NCBI RefSeq assembly: GCF_000499525.1
Contig: NZ_HG529388.1
Span: forward strand, 40,202-64,201
From: Faecalimicrobium dakarense
GTDB taxonomy: Bacteria; Bacillota; Clostridia; Peptostreptococcales; Peptostreptococcaceae
Length of the DNA: 24,000 bases
Direction: 5' to 3'
Position numbers and translations under genes: made by a program
Shown: in pieces, positions 9,019-16,893 of the stretch
Position numbering within the stretch: the stretch's first letter is position 1
Layout of the letters: each line of letters begins with the position of its first letter
Notes under the pieces: generated by a model
What the model was told of the DNA's origin: nothing
The model's input: only the letters and a program-made list of their open reading frames with translations
Database searches by the model: none

Positions 9019-12000
9019 ATGAATAGTAGTTGTGCAGCTGGAACAGGTTCATTTTTAGAAGAACAAGCATATAGACTATCTGTTGATATAAAAGATATTT
9101 CTAAACACATTGAAAAAGCAACTAGTATACCAAGAATTGCTGGTAGATGTAGTGTGTTTTCAAAAACTGATATGATACATCATCAACAAGATGGAACAAA
9201 AATTGAAGATATATTATTAGGTCTTTGTTATGCACTTGTTAGAAATTATAGAGCAAATGTTATACAAAAAAATCCTATAAACACACCAATCATGTTAACT
9301 GGAGGAGTAATCAACAATACTGGTGTACTAAAAGCTTTAAAAGATGTTTTAAAACTTGAAGAAAAAGACTTAATAGTTGATGAAAATTTTGAACTTATAT
9401 CATGCTTTGGTGCTTGTAATGTAGCAAAAAATAAAGAATTAATCTTAGAAACTAACAATCTAAAAGATATGGACAAAGTAGAAAAAATAATAAATAAAAA
9501 CTCTATTTATCCTAAGTTAGATAAGTTTGGAAATTATGATAGTTTGGACAAACATGTTTGTAAAAGTGATTCAAAAGAAGGTTATTTAGGAATTGATATA
9601 GGGTCAACTAGTACAAATTTTGTAGTTATTGATGATGAAAATAAAGTTATAGACTATATTTATACTAAAACAATGGGTAACCCTAAATTAGTAGTTGAAG
9701 AGTCTTTAAAATTACTTAAAAGTAGATTAGGAGAAGACTTTAAATTTAAGGGAATAGGTACTACAGGTTCTGCAAGAGAGCTTATAAAAAGAGAGTTAAA
9801 TGCAGACTTTGTTGTAAATGAAATTACAGCTCAAGCAAAAGGAGCTACTATTGTTGATAGTGAAGTGGATACAATATTTGAAATTGGTGGACAGGATTCA
9901 AAGTATATAAGTATAGAAAATGAAGTAGTGAAAGACTTTGAAATGAATAAAATATGCGCTGCAGGAACTGGAGCATTTATAGAAGAACAAATAAAAAAAC
10001 TAGGAATAAAGTTAGAAGACTTTGGAAATCTAGCACTAAAAGGAGAATATCCAAGTAACTTAGGAGATAGATGTACTGTATTTATTGAAGGGAATATAGG
10101 AAAAGCCATATCTCAAGGAGAAAATATTGAAGATATATCAGCAGGTCTTTCATATTCGATAGTTAAGAACTATTTAAACAGAGTAGTTGGAAATAGAAAA
10201 ATAGGTAATAAGATATTTTTACAAGGTGGTATAGCTCACAATCAAGCCGTAGTAAATGCATTTAGATCAATACTTAATAAAGAAATTGTAGTTCCAGAAT
10301 TCTTTAGTGTTACAGGAGCCTTAGGGGTAGCTGTACTTACCAAAGAAAATATAGCTAAAAATGAAGTCATAAAGAAAAATGACTCAATAAATGATTATTT
10401 AAAAGAAAAAGGAAAAAAACTATTCTTAGATGGATATAGTGGAAAATTAGATAAAGATAAAAAAACTATAGGAATACCTAGAGTGTTATTTATAAATAAA
10501 ATGTTCCCATTATTTAATGCCATATTTACTAAGCTTGGTTACAATGTTATTTTATCAGAACTTACAAATGAAGATATAGTTAGATTAAGCCAAGAATATT
10601 CATTTGAAGAAACTTGTTTCCCTGTAAAATTAATAAATGGACATGTAGCCACATTACTAGAAAAAAATGTAGATTATATTTTCCTACCAAGTTTACACAC
10701 TATGAAGCATGAAGGTTCAAAAACTAGAGAAGACTATTCATGTGTTTACATGCAAACATCACCAAAAATAATTGATACTGTATTTAACTTAAAAGAAAGA
10801 AATGTTGAGCTAATAGCACCAGCTTTATCATTTAACTTTGGTAAAGAATATATGATGAAAACTTTCTTACAAATAGGACAACAACTTGGAAAGAATAAAA
10901 TTGAAACAAGTGCCGCAGTAATGCACGGTATGACTAAGTTTATGAAATATGGAAAACAATTAGGAGAATTAGGAAAAGAAGTTTTAGATGATATAAATAA
11001 AGATGAAAAAGTATTTGTAATATTAAGTAGAGTTTACAATATAGTAGATCCAACTTTAAATATGGGAATAGAAGATAAGTTAAAAGAATTAGGATATAAA
11101 GTAATTCATCTAGGACATCTTGAAATAGATGATATAGAACTTGGTGATGAATATAAAAATATGTACTGGCCATTTGGGCAACACACATTAGCAGGTGTTG
11201 AAGTAATTAAGAAAAATAAAAACTTATACCCTATATATATAACAAATCATGGTTGTGGACCTGATACTATACTAACTCATTACTTTAAAAAAGAGATAAA
11301 TAATAAACCATATCTTCATATAGAAGTAGATGAACACTCATCTAAAGTAGGAGTTATGACTAGAGTAGAAGCATTTATAAATTCACTAGACAATTACAAG
11401 GGTGAAGCTAATAAAAATAACGATATAAAAATAGAAAATAAGGAAAATAATAATATATTAATTCCAAACATATATCCGTATAGCAATGTATTTAAAGCAT
11501 TTTTAGAGAGAAATGGAAAAAATGTAACTATATTAGATGCAGTTAATGAAAATACTATTGAACATGGTAAGGAATTTTCAATGAGTAAAGAATACTTCTC
11601 ATCAATAGCTTTAATTGCAGAAGTTATAAATAAGCTTAAAAATAGTGATGATAAATATACACTATACTTACCTACAAATGAAGGTAGTGAAACTTTTGGT
11701 CAATATGGAAAGCTTATAAGGGATAAAGCTTTAGAAATAGGTAAAAATATTAATTTAGAAGCACCATTTATAGAAGACTTATTAGGTGATAAGTTATATG
11801 GATTAGAATTTTTTAAAGCTATTATTATCTGTGATTTAATAAACTTATTAGATGATAAAAAAGCTAAAATATATTTAGAAAATCTAGTAAAAACAATAAA
11901 ATATAATGATTTATCAAATGATTATTTAAATAGAATATCAAAATCTATAAAAAATGATATAAAAGAAGATAAATCTAAAAAGAAACTATTAATTATTGGA

Positions 12001-12504
12001 GAGCCTTTAGTTGTATATAAAGATTATCTTAACTATAACAAGATAAATGAGTTAAAGGAAAATAATGAAATTATAAGACAACCATTAGCAGAAGTTTTAT
12101 ATATGACATGGAAAGATTTCTCTAATAAAAGAAATAATAAAAATAAAGAATATATAAGTCTATTAAAACAAGCTAAAGAATTAGTTGATAACACTAATAA
12201 TATATTAGGTGGGAAATCTCCATTTAATGAAGATATAGACTCAATAGATGAAGTATTAAAAGATAAATTGCCTATGTATCAGGGTGGATCAGGAAGATAT
12301 AGACTAGGAAAATTATTTACAGCTAAAAATGTTGATGGAATTATATTAGTAAGTTCAATGTATGAAAATACAGCTACAATACTAAAAATAATTAGAGAAA
12401 AATATAAAGAACAAATTAATATACCTTTATTAGACTTATACTTTGATAGTAATATGAACAAAAATAATGATGAGTTAATAGAAACATTTATAACTTATTT
12501 ATAA
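9019..12504 (+). CDS. Remainder of the double activase-ATPase / 2-hydroxyacyl-CoA dehydratase-like fusion protein
   Basis: Begins mid-domain with MNSSCAAGTGSFLEEQ and RCSVF. A complete second activase domain follows (GIDIGSTSTN, EIGGQDSKYI, KICAAGTGAFIEEQ, RCTVF). About 700 aa then carry dehydratase-component/DUF2229-like motifs (EETCFPVK, HGCGPD). The frame is already open from 8998. Confidence 0.8.
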   Translation: MNSSCAAGTGSFLEEQAYRLSVDIKDISKHIEKATSIPRIAGRCSVFSKTDMIHHQQDGTKIEDILLGLCYALVRNYRANVIQKNPINTPIMLTGGVINNTGVLKALKDVLKLEEKDLIVDENFELISCFGACNVAKNKELILETNNLKDMDKVEKIINKNSIYPKLDKFGNYDSLDKHVCKSDSKEGYLGIDIGSTSTNFVVIDDENKVIDYIYTKTMGNPKLVVEESLKLLKSRLGEDFKFKGIGTTGSARELIKRELNADFVVNEITAQAKGATIVDSEVDTIFEIGGQDSKYISIENEVVKDFEMNKICAAGTGAFIEEQIKKLGIKLEDFGNLALKGEYPSNLGDRCTVFIEGNIGKAISQGENIEDISAGLSYSIVKNYLNRVVGNRKIGNKIFLQGGIAHNQAVVNAFRSILNKEIVVPEFFSVTGALGVAVLTKENIAKNEVIKKNDSINDYLKEKGKKLFLDGYSGKLDKDKKTIGIPRVLFINKMFPLFNAIFTKLGYNVILSELTNEDIVRLSQEYSFEETCFPVKLINGHVATLLEKNVDYIFLPSLHTMKHEGSKTREDYSCVYMQTSPKIIDTVFNLKERNVELIAPALSFNFGKEYMMKTFLQIGQQLGKNKIETSAAVMHGMTKFMKYGKQLGELGKEVLDDINKDEKVFVILSRVYNIVDPTLNMGIEDKLKELGYKVIHLGHLEIDDIELGDEYKNMYWPFGQHTLAGVEVIKKNKNLYPIYITNHGCGPDTILTHYFKKEINNKPYLHIEVDEHSSKVGVMTRVEAFINSLDNYKGEANKNNDIKIENKENNNILIPNIYPYSNVFKAFLERNGKNVTILDAVNENTIEHGKEFSMSKEYFSSIALIAEVINKLKNSDDKYTLYLPTNEGSETFGQYGKLIRDKALEIGKNINLEAPFIEDLLGDKLYGLEFFKAIIICDLINLLDDKKAKIYLENLVKTIKYNDLSNDYLNRISKSIKNDIKEDKSKKKLLIIGEPLVVYKDYLNYNKINELKENNEIIRQPLAEVLYMTWKDFSNKRNNKNKEYISLLKQAKELVDNTNNILGGKSPFNEDIDSIDEVLKDKLPMYQGGSGRYRLGKLFTAKNVDGIILVSSMYENTATILKIIREKYKEQINIPLLDLYFDSNMNKNNDELIETFITYL

Positions 12505-12534
12505 AATAAAAACATATAAAAGGAGAGATAAAAC

Positions 12535-12873
12535 ATGCAAGAATTAATAAAGAATATTGAAAAATCAAAAGCTATAGATTTTGATAGCTTAGTAAGTTGT
12601 CTTGATGGACAAATAGAAACAGTAACAATGGCTCAGAAAAAGGGTGTTGGAGTAACAGTCTTAGCATTTGGAAAAGGTGAAGGAGTAGGACCGCATGCTG
12701 CTAAAGGAGATGCTTTAATTTATATACACCAAGGTGTTGCAACAGTAAAAATAGGTGATGAGACTATGGAAGCGACTAAAGGTCAATTTGTAGTAATGCC
12801 AGCTAATATACCTCATCAAGTAACAGCAAAAGAAGATATGAAAATGCTTTTAGTTGTTGTTAAGGAGGACTAG
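12535..12873 (+). CDS. Small cupin-domain protein
   Basis: 112 aa. Cupin beta-barrel signature [16 protein letters not shown]...[11 protein letters not shown] with only partial His ligands. SD 'aaggagag'. No terminator after the upstream gene. Confidence 0.7.
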   Translation: MQELIKNIEKSKAIDFDSLVSCLDGQIETVTMAQKKGVGVTVLAFGKGEGVGPHAAKGDALIYIHQGVATVKIGDETMEATKGQFVVMPANIPHQVTAKEDMKMLLVVVKED

Positions 12874-12876
12874 GTT

Positions 12877-13212
12877 ATGAAGTATTTAAGAAATATTAAG
12901 CCATTTGAAGCTATTCCTATGACTGATATGATAAGTCATACAGGAAATAGTATAGCAAGTAAAGCTTTAATAGATAATGATAATACTGAGATAAGATTTT
13001 TTTCTTTTGCCAAGGGTGAAAGTATTGATAAAGAGTATTATGAGATGGAAACACTATTTGTAATGATAGAAGGTAGTGCTAAAGTTTTATATAATGAAAG
13101 TGATGAAACTATAATAAACAAAGGCGATGTAATTGCAATGGAAGCTAATATAGATTATGGGATAGAAGCTTTAAGCGATGTAAAATTGTTTAATATATTA
13201 GTAAAACCTTAA
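12877..13212 (+). CDS. Small cupin-like protein, metal ligands not evident
   Basis: 111 aa. Pattern FAKGESIDKEYYEMETLFVMIEGSAKV...GDVIAMEANIDYGIEA fits a cupin fold without the His motif. The SD 'aaggagg' lies inside the end of the previous gene. Confidence 0.6.
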   Translation: MKYLRNIKPFEAIPMTDMISHTGNSIASKALIDNDNTEIRFFSFAKGESIDKEYYEMETLFVMIEGSAKVLYNESDETIINKGDVIAMEANIDYGIEALSDVKLFNILVKP

Positions 13213-13231
13213 ATTTAAAATAAACAAAAAG

Positions 13232-13275
13232 AAGCTATTGCTTATGGTTAATTTAAAATCATTTTGCAATAGCTT
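13232..13275. terminator. Long-loop hairpin, possible bidirectional terminator
   Basis: 10-bp stem aagctattgc / gcaatagctt with a 24-nt loop. The T-run is weak on the + side (tagtagtttt) and strong on the - side (ctttttgtttatttt). Confidence 0.4.
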
Positions 13276-13436
13276 TAGTAGTTTTCATAGAAAATTACCT
13301 CCATTTTTAATTTTAGAGCTACATATATGAATTTAACCTTCGTAAAGGGAAATTATTTGAATAGTTATCGTATGGAAAAATATGCTATAATAACCATGGT
13401 TTTAAAGAAATAGACAACAAATGGAGAGCATAAAAT

Positions 13437-15110
13437 ATGAAAAATAAAAGAGACATAATTTTTAACACAGCCTTAGGAATGATATTTTTTACTTGTATAA
13501 CATCTATAGTTATATCAGTAGGAATGGCGCTAACTAAAAATTTTAATGAAATTTTTTCAGTGTTAGCTAAATTTGGATTTATTGAATTTGCAATGATAAT
13601 TTTAACAGCAATTATTTGGTTTATAACGGATGATTCAATTGATATTCCATTTTATAGTGATGGTCAATTTGAAAAGCTTGTATTATTATCTAAAAATGAC
13701 CCTCAGAAAATGAGAAAAAAGATAAAAATATTATGTAAGTATGAAAAAATTTATATAGCAGTGCTTACTGTTACTGTTATATCTACAGTTATTGGTCTGA
13801 TAATGATTCAGTATAAAAATGAGAGCTTACATTTAGGTGTAGTAGCAGTTGCTTTAGTAGGGAGTTTGTTCATTGTTTTAAAAACGATGTACATAAAACT
13901 TCAATACGAAAATGAAGTAACTATAAATAGGAAAGAACATCCAGCATTATTTGAGATTATAGACGATGCAATTGAGTTAACAAAGGCTCCTAAATTAGAT
14001 GAAGTTTGTATTGTTGAAGGTTCAAATGCGGCAGTTGCACTTATTCCAGATGGATTTGGATTTAATGGGAAACATGTTTTAGAAATAGGAATTCAGATAT
14101 TAAAAATATTAAATGAACAAGAGCTTAAATCTATAATAATTCATGAACTTGCTCATATTTACAATGATGACACAAATATAAGTAGTAAAATTTCAAGATG
14201 CTTAATTAGATGGAGTACAATAATTGATAAAGTTGAAGAAAAAGAAAATATTATTCAAGATATATTATTATTGCCATTTGCAAAAATTTATGTTGAAAAA
14301 TTAGAAACATATTTAAATGCAGTATCACAGCCAAGGGAGATAGAGGCAGATAAAGAAGCAGCCTTATATACTAGTGCTGAAGTTTATGCAAAGGCAAGTG
14401 TTAAGCTTGAAATTTTTGATTTATTTAAAAAAAATCCTTATTGCAAGGTAGAACTTAGAGCACAAGAAGAACCTCCAAAAAATTATTTAAATATCATGTT
14501 TGATGATTTTAACAATGAAATTATTGAGAGGAAAAGTCAGTGGTTAAATCAAATTAAAAAGAGAATATCATCAATATATGATACTCATCCAAGTTTTAGT
14601 GAAAGAATGAGTGCTTTAGGAATTGATGATTTTAATTATGAAATTGAGTTTGAAGACCAAAATGAAATTTATAAAAAAGAAATAGACAATTTAATAGATA
14701 TAAAAAATAAGCAGTGGTATGAGTCTTGGTGTGATGAATGGGAAGAATTTACAAAAGAATATAAATTACAATTAGATATAATTAAAAATTATGAAGAAAC
14801 AGATGATATAGAAAAAAGTATGGAGTATGGATTTGCACTTGAAGAAACTAGAGAATATGACAAGTCCATGCAAGTTTATGAAAATATTCTTTCTAAAGAT
14901 GAAAATTGTGCTATTGCTATGTATAGAATTGGACAAATCTTACTTATTAAAAATGATAATAATGGGATTGAGTTAATTAAAAAAGCAGCAGATTTAGATG
15001 ATGATCTTATCATTAGTGCTATGGATATTATTATTGAATATTCAATGGATAATGGAATGGAAGATGAAGTAGATGAAGTGTATGAATGGTTTAGTGAAAA
15101 ACTAAAATAA
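13437..15110 (+). CDS. Membrane-anchored M48-family zinc metallopeptidase with C-terminal TPR-like helical domain
   Basis: N-terminal hydrophobic helices. HELAH (HExxH) encoded at 14143-14157. Downstream EIEADKEAA matches the ExxAD third-ligand motif of M48. The C-terminus (AIAMYRIGQILLIKNDNNGIELIKKAADLD) looks TPR-like. Confidence 0.8.
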   Translation: MKNKRDIIFNTALGMIFFTCITSIVISVGMALTKNFNEIFSVLAKFGFIEFAMIILTAIIWFITDDSIDIPFYSDGQFEKLVLLSKNDPQKMRKKIKILCKYEKIYIAVLTVTVISTVIGLIMIQYKNESLHLGVVAVALVGSLFIVLKTMYIKLQYENEVTINRKEHPALFEIIDDAIELTKAPKLDEVCIVEGSNAAVALIPDGFGFNGKHVLEIGIQILKILNEQELKSIIIHELAHIYNDDTNISSKISRCLIRWSTIIDKVEEKENIIQDILLLPFAKIYVEKLETYLNAVSQPREIEADKEAALYTSAEVYAKASVKLEIFDLFKKNPYCKVELRAQEEPPKNYLNIMFDDFNNEIIERKSQWLNQIKKRISSIYDTHPSFSERMSALGIDDFNYEIEFEDQNEIYKKEIDNLIDIKNKQWYESWCDEWEEFTKEYKLQLDIIKNYEETDDIEKSMEYGFALEETREYDKSMQVYENILSKDENCAIAMYRIGQILLIKNDNNGIELIKKAADLDDDLIISAMDIIIEYSMDNGMEDEVDEVYEWFSEKLK

Positions 15111-15113
15111 AAA

Positions 15114-15139
15114 AAGTAGGGGTTATCTCTACTTTTTAT
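15114..15139 (+). terminator. Rho-independent terminator after the M48 gene
   Basis: Stem aagtagggg (15114-15122) / tctctactt (15126-15134) includes G-U pairs, with a 3-nt loop and a following T-run. Confidence 0.6.
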
Positions 15140-15257
15140 CTGACTTATATATTTACTTATGATTCAAATGGCATAAGAATATGTTTAAGGTAAGATTCAT
15201 TCATATAAAGATTGAACTTAATCGTTGTATTACTCCATCGATTCGCTAAAAATACAT

Positions 15258-15286
15258 TTGACAAAAAACTTTCATAGCATTAAAAT
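15258..15286 (+). promoter_or_regulatory. Strong SigA-type promoter of the deaminase cassette
   Basis: TTGACA at 15258-15263, exactly 17 nt of spacer, TAAAAT at 15281-15286. Confidence 0.65.
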
Positions 15287-15499
15287 TCTAATCTATATAA
15301 TCAAAAAATAAGAGGTATTTATGACAGAAATCTATAGGACATCAAATAATAGAAAAAACAAAGATTAAAAATTAATAACATAAATGATTTTAAAGATGCA
15401 TTAAGAAAAGAAGGATATAAAGAAATTGATTTAGAAGATATAGAATTTAAAGAAAATATAGCTAAAACTTTTAAAATAGATAATTCAGTAATAGATATT

Positions 15500-15838
15500 A
15501 TGTATAAATCTTTAAGTAATAATGATATTACCTATAGAGCAGATAATGTTAATGATTTTATAGAGTATATGAAAAATATAAGGTCATTTCAAAATGAGCA
15601 TAGCAAGTTAAGTAAGAAAATAAACAAAATAAGTAAATTAAACATATCTAGAGTTGAGTATGAAAGAGTTACAAGTACCCAAGACGATGTTGACCATATG
15701 ATAAATGATATAGAAAAAATAAAAAGAACAGTATCTGAAAGAATAAATCCAAAAGATATTTATAGACTAGAAAGCTTAGAAAAACAATTAGATAAAGATT
15801 ATATTTATGCAAAAGATATTGAATTATTAAAAAGATGA
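15500..15838 (+). CDS. Hypothetical helical/coiled-coil protein. The real gene probably starts at 15321 and is frameshifted at 15353-15359
   Basis: 112-aa ORF with no SD in front of the ATG at 15500. The same frame is open back to 15353. An SD (agagg, 15311-15315) plus ATG 15321 opens a 15-codon ORF in the adjacent frame. ATGA overlap couples this gene to the next. Confidence 0.65.
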   Translation: MYKSLSNNDITYRADNVNDFIEYMKNIRSFQNEHSKLSKKINKISKLNISRVEYERVTSTQDDVDHMINDIEKIKRTVSERINPKDIYRLESLEKQLDKDYIYAKDIELLKR

Positions 15839-16452
15839 TTGTTACTGGAAGAGGAAATAAAAGAGAAGTATATAATAATGATACTAAAACTAAAATAATA
15901 TCAATAGAAATATCTGATGAGATTAATTGTGAATATATTCCAGCTAAACTAGGTAGTATAGAATATCACAATCATATAAAAAACAATATACCTAGAATGA
16001 AAAGACTAAGAAAAAATATTGATAAATATATGGTAGTTAATGAAGATGAAGATCAAACATTTAATATAAATCAAACAAAAACGCTACAAGATACAATAAA
16101 CATTGCTGTAGCAATATATGATAATAAAGAGTTTAAGGCAATAAGTGGTAGTAATGATGTAGTTGAATTTTGTACAGCACCAAAGGATAGAGATGCAATT
16201 TTTAAAAGTAGTAAGGTAAATAAGTTAGGAAAGTTAGGAATAGGATATAATCGAGTTAATGATAGTGAAAAAAAGATATTTGAAGAAATCCATAATCAAA
16301 TAGAATCTGGTAAAATTAAAAATCATGGAAATCTTACTTTGTATAGTAAATGGGAGCCATGTCCAAGTTGTTATTATGTAATTAGCCAGTTTTGTGAAAA
16401 GTATCAAAATATAAATGTACAGATAAAATATAGCAAAGAATATGGAGAGTAA
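15835..16452 (+). CDS. Divergent cytidine/adenosine-deaminase-fold (TadA/CDA-like) protein, putative toxin/effector
   Basis: 205 aa. The C-terminal half aligns by eye to E. coli TadA. IAVAIYDNKEFKAISGSN matches VGAVLVHNNRVIGEGWN. DSEKKIFEEI matches HAEIMALRQG. LTLYSKWEPCPSCYYVI matches ATLYVTLEPCVMCAGAM. DSE is encoded at 16261-16269 and PCPSC at 16357-16371, 32 residues apart versus 29 in TadA. Confidence 0.7.
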   Translation: MIVTGRGNKREVYNNDTKTKIISIEISDEINCEYIPAKLGSIEYHNHIKNNIPRMKRLRKNIDKYMVVNEDEDQTFNINQTKTLQDTINIAVAIYDNKEFKAISGSNDVVEFCTAPKDRDAIFKSSKVNKLGKLGIGYNRVNDSEKKIFEEIHNQIESGKIKNHGNLTLYSKWEPCPSCYYVISQFCEKYQNINVQIKYSKEYGE

Positions 16453-16565
16453 AACTTAATTATAATATAACCCAAAAAATAGAATGTGCCTAAAAGTGAG
16501 ATACTAAGTATATAAACTCATAAAACTTAGCAAAATATATATATAATTTTGAAAAGGAGAAATCT

Positions 16566-16874
16566 ATGAAAAAATATACTTTTAATACTAGAGATGAACT
16601 CGTAGAATTTTTAGATAAACATAATTTTAAATACTATGTTCCGAGGTTAAGAGAGTACATGAGCAATATTAAAGATGAGTTTAAGCATTATTATGTAGAG
16701 CTATCAGATTCTCATGAAGTAAAATATTGTGGCATTGTATCTATTACAGGTGGAGAAGAGTTTGAAGAGAATTTCTTTGACATTAATAAAGTTATTGAGT
16801 TTGAAGATACTGCTTATAATAGAATATATAGAGAGAAGAAGTATAAAGAAGGCATTGAAAATGAATATTTTTAA
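16566..16874 (+). CDS. Small acidic hypothetical protein, candidate immunity/antitoxin partner
   Basis: 102 aa, rich in Glu/Asp. SD 'aaaggaga' 6 nt before the ATG. Last gene before the cassette terminator. I recognise no family. Confidence 0.6.
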   Translation: MKKYTFNTRDELVEFLDKHNFKYYVPRLREYMSNIKDEFKHYYVELSDSHEVKYCGIVSITGGEEFEENFFDINKVIEFEDTAYNRIYREKKYKEGIENEYF

Positions 16875-16893
16875 ATGACTAGTAATAAAATAT

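Noticed and set aside
9246-12461. Minus-strand ORFs 9246..9476, 9831..10109, 10940..11188 and 12279..12461 inside the activase fusion gene
   Set aside because: All are antisense to a gene with unmistakable conserved motifs. They are low-complexity and have no SD.
15360-15400. Downstream stimulatory hairpin or pseudoknot for programmed -1 frameshifting after the A AAA AAC site
   Set aside because: Only weak all-A/U pairing (ttaaaa/ttttaa) is visible. I therefore keep programmed frameshifting as one hypothesis only and do not call a stimulatory structure.
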